From a candidate division WOR-3 bacterium (lineage in GTDB: Bacteria; Hydrothermota; Tepidihabitantia; Tepidihabitantales; CAIPLT01), in assembly GCA_039801485.1 (NCBI GenBank), contig JBDRUR010000001.1, positions 1 through 56,520 of the forward strand: DNA of 56,520 nucleotides. The letters run 5' to 3'. Shown here piece by piece: positions 1 to 9,090 of this stretch. The first letter of the stretch is position 1. Each line of letters starts with the position of its first letter. The notes under the pieces are model-generated. The model searched no databases and was not told where the DNA came from. It saw only the letters and a program-made list of their open reading frames with translations. Made by a program: the position numbers and the translations under genes.

Positions 1-1136
1 ATTTTTATCATCTCAGCTTCTTTCATACCGCGGGTAGTAAGTGCCGGTGTGCCAATTCGGATACCAGAAGTAATGAACGGCTTTTGAGGGTCATAAGGAA
101 TCGTATTGCGGTTAACGGTAATATTTGCCTGTCCTAGGGCTTGTTCGGCATCTCTGCCGGTAATGTTTTTATTACGTAAATCAACCAGCATTAAATGGGT
201 GTCGGTTCCGCCTGCCACCAATCGATAGCCAAGTTTCATAAGTTCTTCGGCCAGCGCTTTGGCATTCGCAACAACTTGCATTTGGTAAATCTTAAAATCA
301 TCACTCATTGCTTCTTTAAGTGCTACTGCCTTTGCCGCAATAACATGTTCTAATGGACCGCCCTGCATTCCTGGGAAAGTTGTTTTATCAATTAATTCAG
401 CGTGTTTGGCTTTACACATAATAATTGCTCCTCGCGGGCCGCGTAGCGTCTTATGAGTTGTTGTGGTAACAACATCAGCATACGGGATTGGCGAAGGATG
501 TAATCCGGTTGCAACCAAACCAGCAGTATGGGCAATATCGGCAACTTGATAAGCACCGATTTCATCACAGATTTCCTGGAACTTATCAAAATATAAAAAT
601 CGCGGATAAGCGCTGGCACCAGACACAATTATTTTCGGTTTATGTTCTAAAGCCAATTTCCGCAGTTCGGCATAATCGATTAATTCAGTCTCAGGGTTTA
701 CACCGTAATGAACTACCCGAAAATATTTACCCGAGAAATTTATTGGATGACCATGAGAAAGATGTCCACCGTGACTTAGGTTGAGACCAAAAATCAAATC
801 ACCCGGATTGGCTAAGGCAAAATATGCCGCCATATTGGCTTGGGTACCGGAATGTGGTTGGACATTAGCATGCTCGGCACCAAAAAGTTTTTTTGCGCGT
901 TCGATCGCCAAGCTTTCACCAATGTCAACAAACTCACATCCGCCGTAATATCGCTTTTTGGGAAGTCCCTCAGCATATTTGTTAGTTAAAACTGAACCGA
1001 GGGCGGCTAAAACTGCTTCAGAACAAAAATTTTCTGAGGCGATTAGTTCCAAAGTTGAGTGCTCACGTTCTGCTTCGCCTTTAACTACTTCGAAAATTTC
1101 TGGATCAACTTTTTTTAAAATCTTTTCATTATCCAT
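1..1136 (-). CDS. glyA: Serine hydroxymethyltransferase; N-terminal 378 codons present, C-terminus runs off the window start
   Basis: Minus-strand frame is open from the window edge to ATG at 1136. My translation reads [37 protein letters not shown]...[19 protein letters not shown]...[19 protein letters not shown], with the PLP-lysine motif [15 protein letters not shown] lies 6 nt upstream of the ATG. It is absent from the ORF track because no stop lies inside the window. Confidence 0.95.
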   Translation of the reverse strand, partial: MDNEKILKKVDPEIFEVVKGEAEREHSTLELIASENFCSEAVLAALGSVLTNKYAEGLPKKRYYGGCEFVDIGESLAIERAKKLFGAEHANVQPHSGTQANMAAYFALANPGDLIFGLNLSHGGHLSHGHPINFSGKYFRVVHYGVNPETELIDYAELRKLALEHKPKIIVSGASAYPRFLYFDKFQEICDEIGAYQVADIAHTAGLVATGLHPSPIPYADVVTTTTHKTLRGPRGAIIMCKAKHAELIDKTTFPGMQGGPLEHVIAAKAVALKEAMSDDFKIYQMQVVANAKALAEELMKLGYRLVAGGTDTHLMLVDLRNKNITGRDAEQALGQANITVNRNTIPYDPQKPFITSGIRIGTPALTTRGMKEAEMIK

Positions 1137-1225
1137 TCGCATCTCCCAATTTAACTTTAATATATTTATTAGATTAATTATAAAAATAAAATTGTCAAGG
1201 TTAACAAACTTTTTTTCTCTTATTG

Positions 1226-1253
1226 TTGACGATCGTCAAATTTTATTTATACT
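1226..1253 (+). promoter_or_regulatory. Sigma70-like promoter of mazG (TTGACG-16-TATACT), -10 ends 12 nt before the ATG
   Basis: TTGACG at 1226..1231, 16-nt spacer, TATACT at 1248..1253. There is no Shine-Dalgarno before ATG 1266. The -35 lies inside the perfect 14-nt palindrome TTGACGATCGTCAA. Confidence 0.4.
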
Positions 1254-1265
1254 TCAAAATACGAT

Positions 1266-2027
1266 ATGTTCGAACAATTTTTAAAACTGATAAAAAAATT
1301 ACGTCGAGAATGTCCGTGGGACCGAAAACAAACTCTGAATTCATCTCGTTCACTAATCCTAAATGAGGCTTATGAATTAGAAGAAGCAATTCAGGAAAAG
1401 AATTTCGATAAAATTATCGAGGAACTGGGTGATGTGATTTTCACGACACTTTTTGTTGCCCAAATCCTCAAAGAAAAGAAAAAAATTAGTTTTAACAAAA
1501 TTGTTCAAAAAACGGTAAACAAAATTATTTTAAGACATCCGCATGTATTTGGTAATGTTAGGGTCAAAAATGTTAAAGAGGTTTTAGCAAATTGGGAAAA
1601 TATTAAAAAAAGCAATGAAAAAATCCCAATGCTACAGAGAATTCCAAAGGCATTGCCAGCCCTGAAACGCGCCCAGATGATTCAGGAACGTGTTGCTCGC
1701 GTTGGTTTTGATTGGGAAAATAAAAGCGATGTTTACAAAAAAGTTGTTGAGGAAATAAAAGAATTAAAAACGGCAATGACGCGCAAAAATAAAATCGAAA
1801 TTGAAGCAGAACTTGGCGACTTGTTATTTGCGTTAGTAAATTTCGCCAGGCACTTAAATATTGATGCCGAAACAGCTTTAAACCAGGCAAATAATAAATT
1901 TATTAATCGTTTTACAAAATTAGAAAGACAACTAGAGCATAAAAATAAAAAATTAACAAATTGTACATTAGCCGAAATGGATGAGATCTGGGAGCAGATA
2001 AAACAACAAAAAAATAATAATGAATGA
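1266..2027 (+). CDS. mazG: Nucleoside triphosphate pyrophosphohydrolase MazG
   Basis: 253 aa with two MazG-type halves. Motifs: CPWDRKQT, EAYELEEAI, ELGDVIF, RHPHVFG, then a second EELGDLLFALVNFARHLNIDAE. Confidence 0.85.
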   Translation: MFEQFLKLIKKLRRECPWDRKQTLNSSRSLILNEAYELEEAIQEKNFDKIIEELGDVIFTTLFVAQILKEKKKISFNKIVQKTVNKIILRHPHVFGNVRVKNVKEVLANWENIKKSNEKIPMLQRIPKALPALKRAQMIQERVARVGFDWENKSDVYKKVVEEIKELKTAMTRKNKIEIEAELGDLLFALVNFARHLNIDAETALNQANNKFINRFTKLERQLEHKNKKLTNCTLAEMDEIWEQIKQQKNNNE

Positions 2028-2066
2028 TCTTGATTTTTATAAAACTAGTTTTATAACATAATAAAT

Positions 2067-2987
2067 ATGCCTGAAGATATTTTTGTTTTCACTAAAGAGA
2101 TGGCAGAACTATTAAAAATTATGCGGCAACGTGCCCATTTATCGCAACAAGAGGTTGCCATTCGGCTCGGGCTATCGCGAAAATCAGGTAAGTTTTACAT
2201 CTCATCATTAGAACGCGGTGAAATAAAAAATCCGACGATTGGTACCATACTTCGCTATTTAAAAGTTTGCGGTGTTTCATGGTCGAATTTCTTTGCAGAA
2301 CTCGCAACAATTAATTTTGGAATGGAGCAGGAAAAAATTGCCTCGAAATTCAATGTCGCTGAAACTTCTATAAGAACACCATCTCATATTTTACGTCCCG
2401 AAGCCGGCATTAAATATTTTCCTTATTACCAATACAAATATAATGACATTATGCGCCTTAAAAATACAATCGATGACAAAGTATTTGAAACCCTAAACCA
2501 AAATAAAGTTGAAAAAGAACTAATTCCTTATTATTTGCTATTTGCTGATGAGTACTTTAGTTTGCTGGAGGAAAAATTATTACGGGCATCGTTAAAACCT
2601 TCAATCCTTCAAAAGATTAAACGGATTGTGCAGAAAGTATTAAATGAAGAAAGAAAAAAAACGACCGGCAAAAAAACAAAAATATCTGAAAAGCAGATGC
2701 AAATACCGATTGGTTTCGAACGGACCCAAATTGCCATTGAGCCAATTCTTACCAGCGTCCGTAAGAAACTCCATCGAATCGCACCACAAATTGGTTGGAT
2801 TATGCTCTACGATGATTTTGCCCAAGAAATATGTGATATTTTAGTCACTCACCATAAAAATCCCGATAAATTACAATTGGCAATTGACGAAATAATTGAA
2901 AGGTGGTCAAGTCGCGGTTTAAAAAAAACCGACCTGTTAAAAATAAAAGATGTTACAATAACAGTATTTAATTCAATCAGTCGATAA
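2067..2987 (+). CDS. XRE-type helix-turn-helix domain protein with uncharacterised C-terminal region
   Basis: N-terminus LKIMRQRAHLSQQEVAIRLGLSRKSGKFYISSLERGEIKNPTIGTILRYLKVCG fits an HTH_XRE fold. I do not recognise a family for the remaining 230 aa. Confidence 0.55.
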   Translation: MPEDIFVFTKEMAELLKIMRQRAHLSQQEVAIRLGLSRKSGKFYISSLERGEIKNPTIGTILRYLKVCGVSWSNFFAELATINFGMEQEKIASKFNVAETSIRTPSHILRPEAGIKYFPYYQYKYNDIMRLKNTIDDKVFETLNQNKVEKELIPYYLLFADEYFSLLEEKLLRASLKPSILQKIKRIVQKVLNEERKKTTGKKTKISEKQMQIPIGFERTQIAIEPILTSVRKKLHRIAPQIGWIMLYDDFAQEICDILVTHHKNPDKLQLAIDEIIERWSSRGLKKTDLLKIKDVTITVFNSISR

Positions 2988-3093
2988 CAATATTCTTAAT
3001 AACTACCTAATAGAACAATTCATTATTGACAAATACAATAATTGCAATTAATATAACTCAATTTTTATAATAAAAGAATCTCTTTAATCTTAA

Positions 3094-4086
3094 ATGACCA
3101 GTAATATGAAGTTAAAACAAAGCCGATATAGTTATACTCGATTATCGAATAAGTTGTCAACTAAACTCTTAATATCTTCTTATCTGTTAATAATCTTTAC
3201 CGACCCTCAAATTTTTGCAACAAATTATGCCGGAGATTTTGAAGAATTCGGTGCCTCGGCACGCGCAATCGGGATCGGTGGTGCCTATGTTGCGGCAGTT
3301 AATGACCCTTCAGCAATTTATTACAATCCGGCAGCATCAATCACAATTACTAACCCGCAATTTATTTTTCTTCATTCGGAAAATTTCGAAAACGGTGTTG
3401 TCAAAAATAATTTTCTTGGCTTTGTTCTTCCTCAATCAAAACAAGTTTATGGTGTTGCAGTAATGACTAACCGCGTGCCGGAAATAAAGATCACCAAACT
3501 ACCTAATCCTAATTTACCGCCAAGTGATTCCAATCCACCGTATATTGATAAAATCGTAAATGCTGCTGATTGGATTGTTTACCTTAATTATGCCCGATTG
3601 GTTCATCCTAATATTTCGCTTGGGGGTAATTTAAAATTGATTTATCGCTCGATTGGCATCGGTTCATGTTATGGGATGGGATTAGACTTTGGCATACTTA
3701 CGGCATTAAATCAGAATTCAAAAATAGGTATCAAAGTTACAAATGTTACAACCTCACCACTGTTTTGGTCAAATCAAACTCGTGAGGCGATGTCTCCCAA
3801 AATAAGTTTCGGCATCGCCAAGTCGATTATGATAAAAACTTCATCACTACAATTGTCTTCAGATTTAGAAAGTAGTTTTGACAAATTTAATATTAATACA
3901 AATCTGGGGTTTGAATATGCCTATAAAAACGTTTTAGCGTTCCGCATCGGTCTTTTTCATTTTAACCCCACATTCGGTGTTGGTATTTCATATAAAAGAT
4001 TTTTTATTGACTATGCTTATCTAACCAATTATCACACTGAAGAACTTGGTGGAAGTCAAAAATTTAGTGGCGGTATTAGGTTATGA
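3094..4086 (+). CDS. PorV/PorQ-family-like outer-membrane beta-barrel protein
   Basis: Signal-like N-terminus. The motif GASARAIGIGGAYVAAVNDPSAIYYNPAA matches the hallmark N-terminal motif of PorV/PorQ-type barrels. The body shows an alternating hydrophobic pattern. Start could also be the ATG at 3109. Confidence 0.55.
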   Translation: MTSNMKLKQSRYSYTRLSNKLSTKLLISSYLLIIFTDPQIFATNYAGDFEEFGASARAIGIGGAYVAAVNDPSAIYYNPAASITITNPQFIFLHSENFENGVVKNNFLGFVLPQSKQVYGVAVMTNRVPEIKITKLPNPNLPPSDSNPPYIDKIVNAADWIVYLNYARLVHPNISLGGNLKLIYRSIGIGSCYGMGLDFGILTALNQNSKIGIKVTNVTTSPLFWSNQTREAMSPKISFGIAKSIMIKTSSLQLSSDLESSFDKFNINTNLGFEYAYKNVLAFRIGLFHFNPTFGVGISYKRFFIDYAYLTNYHTEELGGSQKFSGGIRL

Positions 4087-4676
4087 GTACCGAAGTTTCT
4101 CGTAAACTAGTCCATTTAATTGCGTTACTGATACCAATATTATATTATATAATTCCTCGGCGGGAATTGAGTATTTTACTTTTAGGACTGTTTACTTTGG
4201 GTTTCATTCTTATTGATTATATTCGATTGCATGTCGGGTCAATAAAAAGATTATTTTTATTATTATTTGGTCAGTTATTACGGAGAAAGGAATTATATAC
4301 TCTAACCGGCGGGAGTTATCTACTTTTAGCTTCATTTGTGGCAATAATTATCTTTCCCAATCGCGGCGTCTTCATTGCAGCAATATCTTTTTTAGTAATT
4401 GGTGATACGCTCGCGGCGCTTTTTGGACTCCGTTTTGGTCGAACCCGACTATTTAAAAAAACCCTTGCGGGCACAATTGCTTGTTTGGTCAGTTGTTTAA
4501 TCATTTCCTATATCGTTTATAAATTACCCAATACCAATTTTCCACTAATCGCTGGAATTATTGGTAGTATTGTTGCTTCAATTGTTGAAGCATTACCGAT
4601 TAATATCAATGATAATGTCGTTATCCCGATATCATCGGGAGCAATAATGCAAATCATAACTATTCTAATAAAATAA
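4083..4676 (+). CDS. Polytopic membrane protein, dolichol/phytol kinase - phosphatidate cytidylyltransferase family
   Basis: 197 aa with about 6 TM segments. C-terminal half GDTLAALFGLRFGRTRLFKKTLAGTIACL resembles CTP-dependent polyprenol kinase / CdsA-like proteins. A 4-nt ATGA overlap with the upstream gene suggests co-translation. Confidence 0.5.
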   Translation: MSTEVSRKLVHLIALLIPILYYIIPRRELSILLLGLFTLGFILIDYIRLHVGSIKRLFLLLFGQLLRRKELYTLTGGSYLLLASFVAIIIFPNRGVFIAAISFLVIGDTLAALFGLRFGRTRLFKKTLAGTIACLVSCLIISYIVYKLPNTNFPLIAGIIGSIVASIVEALPININDNVVIPISSGAIMQIITILIK

Positions 4677-4698
4677 TAATAAGGAAAGGAGCAAGGAT

Positions 4699-6720
4699 AT
4701 GATAAGGATAACCGCTTTAATCATATTAACAATAATAAACTTTAGCGCAACTAAAAATATCAATATTGATAATGAACTAAATAACATCACCATTTTATAT
4801 CTTAAAGAGGACTATCAGGCTGCCGAGCAAAAATTAATTGATTTGTCACATACGAACGAACCAACCCAACAGTTTGTGTTTAATTTAGAATTAGCCGATC
4901 TATATCTTGATAAACTCCAAAGATACAATCAAGCGGAAAGCATCTATAATTCCTTAATTGAAAAATTTCCCAAGCATAAGGATATCGCTGATATTTATTA
5001 TCGACTCGGTGTTGTTTATGAAAAGCAAGAGAGATATTTAGCCGCCGCCCAAATGTATGAATTGGTCGCAACTAAGTATTATAAATCAAAATATGCTCCC
5101 GATGCCCTTGATGCGATTGAACGTTGTTTCAAGAAAAATTACCAAGACATCGTTGCTAAAATTGACGGCTTTCCGATTACTCGAATCGAATTCGATGAGC
5201 GGATGGCATATAATCCCAGCGCGTATGAAAAATTCAGTGAGAAACAAAAATTATTGGACGAGATGATCGCTGAACATTTAATGTTCAAACAAGCCCAAAA
5301 AATCGGTATTGACCAAACAGCCGATTTTGGAAAACGCTTAGCGGAAAATCGCAAAAATATTATGTTCCAAAATTGGTATCAACAAGAGGTGGTCAATAAA
5401 GTAAAAGTGTCTGACCGAGAGAAAAAAGCATATTACAAAAAACATAAAACCGAATTTGTTATCCCAGAGCAAGCATCAGCGCGGGAAATTTTAGTAAAAA
5501 CTAAAGAAGAAGCTGAGTCATTATACAAATTAATTATTACTGATAGCTTACCATTTGATTCAATTGCCCGAGAAGTTTCTTTAGCCCCGACTAAAAGTGC
5601 TGGTGGCGACATGGGTTATTTTCGACGCGGCACGCATCCTAAAGAGGTTGAGAATGTCATTTTTAAGTTAAAGCCAAAATCAATTAGTAAACCATTCTAT
5701 TCAGAATCAAAAGCTGGCTACCTAATAATAAAGTTAGAAGATTATAAACCTAAGAAAGAACGAACCTATAAAGATGTTGCTTTAGAAATTGAAAACCGAT
5801 TGCGAAGTCAAAAAATCGACGAAACTTTCAGAACTAAAACTGAAGATTTTAAAAAGGCATGTAAACTTACTATCGATGAATTAGCCATTAAAGAAAACCG
5901 CGATACAATTGCGGTAATTGATGATATTCCGATAACGCAGGCAAATATTAATGAATATCTTGATCGCATTCCGCCATTTTACCGTGCCGAATTCGAGACC
6001 GCTGAAGGGAAAAAACGAATTTTAGACCAAATAATTTTAGAAAAAACTTGGCTGAAGCAACTAGAAAAAGAGAAGTATTGGCTTTTGAATGCGGTTTTTT
6101 CACAAATCGATAATGTTCGCCGACAACTACTGATTAATGACTTACGAAAACAAGAAATTAATGATAAAATTTTCATCTCAGAGACCGAGTTAAAATCTGA
6201 ATACAAACGTTGTCTTGATGAATTTAAAAATCCCAAACAAATACGCGCCCGTGAAATTACAGTTGCCAGCGAATCACTCGCGCAAGAAATAAGGAAATTA
6301 GCAATATCCGGCAAAATTCCATTTGATTCTTTAGCTCGCGAATATTCAATTGCTGCCAACAAACGGGTTGGCGGTGATATGGGATTTTTCTCGGCAGGCT
6401 CAAAACCAAAAGCAATCGAGGAAGTGGCATTTAAATTATCGAAAGGCCAGATTAGCAAAGTCATTAAGCAAAATGACACTACCTTTACAATCATCAAGAT
6501 TGAAGAAATAAAAGAAGCGTCGACGAAACCATTTGAAGATGTTAAAACGATCTTACAAAATCGATTACGCCAAAGCAAAGATAAGGAACTATATGAAAAT
6601 TACATTAGCGGATTGAAAAATCAATATCATATCGAGACATTTTTAGTTGAAGAACCAACTGAGCGCGAATCACCAGAAACAACTCCTTCGGAATCTAATA
6701 TGCCCAAGGAACAAAAATAA
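4699..6720 (+). CDS. Periplasmic peptidyl-prolyl isomerase with TPR-like N-terminus and two parvulin (PpiC) domains (SurA/PpiD-like)
   Basis: Signal peptide. Two rotamase cores: AREILV...GGDMGYFRRG and AREITV...GGDMGFFSAG. GGAAAGGAG SD precedes the ATG. Confidence 0.8.
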   Translation: MIRITALIILTIINFSATKNINIDNELNNITILYLKEDYQAAEQKLIDLSHTNEPTQQFVFNLELADLYLDKLQRYNQAESIYNSLIEKFPKHKDIADIYYRLGVVYEKQERYLAAAQMYELVATKYYKSKYAPDALDAIERCFKKNYQDIVAKIDGFPITRIEFDERMAYNPSAYEKFSEKQKLLDEMIAEHLMFKQAQKIGIDQTADFGKRLAENRKNIMFQNWYQQEVVNKVKVSDREKKAYYKKHKTEFVIPEQASAREILVKTKEEAESLYKLIITDSLPFDSIAREVSLAPTKSAGGDMGYFRRGTHPKEVENVIFKLKPKSISKPFYSESKAGYLIIKLEDYKPKKERTYKDVALEIENRLRSQKIDETFRTKTEDFKKACKLTIDELAIKENRDTIAVIDDIPITQANINEYLDRIPPFYRAEFETAEGKKRILDQIILEKTWLKQLEKEKYWLLNAVFSQIDNVRRQLLINDLRKQEINDKIFISETELKSEYKRCLDEFKNPKQIRAREITVASESLAQEIRKLAISGKIPFDSLAREYSIAANKRVGGDMGFFSAGSKPKAIEEVAFKLSKGQISKVIKQNDTTFTIIKIEEIKEASTKPFEDVKTILQNRLRQSKDKELYENYISGLKNQYHIETFLVEEPTERESPETTPSESNMPKEQK

Positions 6721-6744
6721 AAAATTAAAAACATTCTTTTATAT

Positions 6745-6770
6745 CCTCGGCTTTATTTTCTGAGCCGGGG
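6745..6770. terminator. Candidate bidirectional hairpin between convergent genes
   Basis: CCTCGGC (6745..6751) pairs with GCCGGGG (6764..6770) as 7 bp including one G-U, with a 12-nt loop. T-rich flanks on both strands. It sits in the 54-nt gap between the PPIase and transglutaminase stops. Confidence 0.4.
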
Positions 6771-6774
6771 ATAT

Positions 6775-8178
6775 TTATTTATATGATAAAATATTAATGC
6801 TGAGTTCGCCAACGATTTTTAGCACTTCGGCTTGTTGATCTAAATCACCTTCGGCTAATTTTATATGTGTGGCATCAACCGGCATCTGTCCAAAAGTCGG
6901 GTCGACCGTAATCCATTCATTTAAGAATACTTTGTTCCAGGCATGGTAATAAAACTTATTATTAACATACACTAACCCGACGCAAATTTGACAGGGAATA
7001 CCAGTAGCTCGGCACAGTGCGGCAAATAAAATTGCATGTTCATTACAATCACCCTCTCTATTTTTTAATACATCTAATGCCGACGGCAGTGAGGCGGTTG
7101 CCCGTTTATTAATATTTTGATAAACCCAATCAAGAATTCTTTTTACCGCCTTCAAGCCATCTTTTTCATTTTGGGTTATAGCGGCCGCTTGATTTTTTAT
7201 TTCACGATCGTCACTTTGAATATACGGTGTTGGTTTTAAAAATTCCGGCTTTGTTACAATTGGCAATTGTGCGGTTGCAATCGACTCTGGTATCTTTATT
7301 TCTAAAATTAAAGGATTATTCTGCAAAATTATTTGATAGTTATCAGCGATATCAAAATCAGAAAAATCACCGTTCCACAAAGTAACTTTCAAGTATTTTA
7401 AATTTCGTGGATTTGGAATAAGGGTATCAACTGAAATTGAGAACATTGAAAGTATGTCAATTTTTGAAATTGCTGATTCATCACTCAATGCTTGCTCGCG
7501 GGATTCCTCAATAATTGTCATGGCTGGCGGCGATTCTTCTTTGCGACTAATGCCATTTTCATCGACCCACATTGTTGTAGTCATATTTAACATTGTGACC
7601 GTCATTTTAGTTAAATGATAATCTTTATTATTAATATTTATTTTTTCTTTTTTGATTAATTTTATTTTCGCATCGATGGTTTTTAGTATTGTTGCGTCAA
7701 ATGCTTTTAACCGATAATCTTTATCAAATTGAAACTGTTTTTTTATTGCGACTAATGGTAGCACAACTACCGGGTAGACGATTTCGTTTAAAGTATCAAT
7801 TATTACTTTTGTTGTGCCAGCACTTTTTACTTCAATTGTTAACTGATTGTTTTTAATCATACCAGAAGCATTAAACGAGTTTCGTTTAGATTGAAAAGAA
7901 AACTCGAAACTTCTTAGTGCAAAATTAGTGTCGGTGGTACCGATAAAGTTAGACAGTACTTCTTCTAATTCGCCCATCATTGTTAATTTAAGCTTTAATC
8001 GATTAACAAACTGAAAATAATCTTTTTCTTTTTGAATTTGAAGCAGTGAATAGCCAATTTTTTGTTTTTGTAAATAAACACCACTCCATTGTTCAATCTT
8101 ATCAATTTTGGTATTGGAAGCCGGTTTCGGACAAGAGACAAAGACCAAGCCTAAAATTATTAATAAACATTTTTTCAT
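6775..8178 (-). CDS. Transglutaminase-like cysteine protease-fold lipoprotein
   Basis: Lipobox LVFVSC. C-terminal core REGDCNEHAILFAALCRATGIP...YHAWN...VDPT gives the Cys-His-Asp arrangement of transglutaminase-like domains. Confidence 0.8.
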   Translation of the reverse strand: MKKCLLIILGLVFVSCPKPASNTKIDKIEQWSGVYLQKQKIGYSLLQIQKEKDYFQFVNRLKLKLTMMGELEEVLSNFIGTTDTNFALRSFEFSFQSKRNSFNASGMIKNNQLTIEVKSAGTTKVIIDTLNEIVYPVVVLPLVAIKKQFQFDKDYRLKAFDATILKTIDAKIKLIKKEKININNKDYHLTKMTVTMLNMTTTMWVDENGISRKEESPPAMTIIEESREQALSDESAISKIDILSMFSISVDTLIPNPRNLKYLKVTLWNGDFSDFDIADNYQIILQNNPLILEIKIPESIATAQLPIVTKPEFLKPTPYIQSDDREIKNQAAAITQNEKDGLKAVKRILDWVYQNINKRATASLPSALDVLKNREGDCNEHAILFAALCRATGIPCQICVGLVYVNNKFYYHAWNKVFLNEWITVDPTFGQMPVDATHIKLAEGDLDQQAEVLKIVGELSINILSYK

Positions 8179-8250
8179 ATTGCTATTTAAAAGATACCGA
8201 AAATATTTTATTTGTCAACCAATCTCAAAACATTAATAATAAACAAACTC

Positions 8251-8278
8251 TTGACTATTGTTATTTGTTTTATATTAT
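8251..8278 (+). promoter_or_regulatory. Sigma70-like promoter of tRNA-Leu (TTGACT-16-TATTAT)
   Basis: TTGACT at 8251..8256, TATTAT at 8273..8278. The tRNA 5' end lies 19 nt downstream. Confidence 0.4.
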
Positions 8279-8297
8279 TGAATGATTAATTTGGTGA

Positions 8298-8381
8298 GCC
8301 GAAGTGACGGAACTGGGAGACGTAGCGGACTCAAAATCCGCCGCCCGCAAGGGCATGAGGGTTCAACTCCCTCCTTCGGCA
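8298..8381 (+). tRNA. tRNA-Leu (anticodon CAA), class II with long variable arm
   Basis: Acceptor GCCGAAG/CTTCGGC with discriminator A. Anticodon stem GCGGA/TCCGC with loop CTCAAAA. Variable arm GCCCGCAAGGGC. T-arm GAGGGTTCAACTCCCTC. No encoded CCA. Confidence 0.9.
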
Positions 8382-8423
8382 TTATAATTTTTCACGATGT
8401 TTATTTCGAAAAATTTCTAACTA

Positions 8424-8981
8424 ATGAAAATAAAAATTCTTAATCTCACCAAAGAAAATCTGAAAGATACCCCAGAATGGAAAAACCATCCTTTTAGTTG
8501 TAAATACTGTATCTACTGGGAGTTTCCCGAGCTATGTATTGACCCGCTAAAAGAGGAAAAGCAAGAGATGTTTTTAAAAAAATTACAATGGCTTCAAAAG
8601 ACTCATAAAATATTTGGCAATTGTGGGAAAATTGCCTACATCTCAAACAAAGCAGTTGCCTATGCACAGTATGCGCCGCCAGAACTTTTACCTAACTCAA
8701 AAAATTATCAGGCTGGACCACCGAATAAAGATGCTGTCTTGATTTCATGTCTATTTATTCCGCAAAAAGAATTCCAGCATTTAGGAATTGGTAGTCAGGT
8801 TCTTCAAAACATAATCCACGAATTAAAAGAACGTAAAATTAAAGCGATTGAAACCTTTGCCAGAAAAAATAATCCGGCTAATCCGTCAGGACCGGTCGCA
8901 TTCTATTTAAAAAATAGATTTAAAATCATTAAAGACGATGTTGAGTTCCCACTTCTAAGATTAACCCTTTCTGCTCATTAA
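8424..8981 (+). CDS. GNAT-family N-acetyltransferase-like protein
   Basis: Acetyl-CoA motif A-like QHLGIGSQVLQNIIHELKERKIKAIETFA. 185 aa; substrate unknown. Confidence 0.5.
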   Translation: MKIKILNLTKENLKDTPEWKNHPFSCKYCIYWEFPELCIDPLKEEKQEMFLKKLQWLQKTHKIFGNCGKIAYISNKAVAYAQYAPPELLPNSKNYQAGPPNKDAVLISCLFIPQKEFQHLGIGSQVLQNIIHELKERKIKAIETFARKNNPANPSGPVAFYLKNRFKIIKDDVEFPLLRLTLSAH

Positions 8982-9090
8982 CCAGTCAAAAACTCTTAAG
9001 AATTTGTTTTACTTTTGTTAATGCCTTTGCCAGATGACTTCTAAAGATAACTCGGCAAAAGTTTTAGCATAACCGTCTGATATACTAAAA

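Noticed and set aside
392-1284. Track ORFs 392..628(-), 488..784(+) and 958..1284(+)
   Set aside because: All lie inside or across the clearly identifiable glyA coding frame and its promoter. They are low-complexity translations with no motifs, artefacts of alternative frames.
5979-6578. 199-aa antisense ORF inside the PPIase gene
   Set aside because: It lies opposite a gene with two unmistakable parvulin cores. The translation is Ser/Ile/Phe-rich with no start context. This is the typical shadow ORF of an AT-rich, purine-skewed coding strand.
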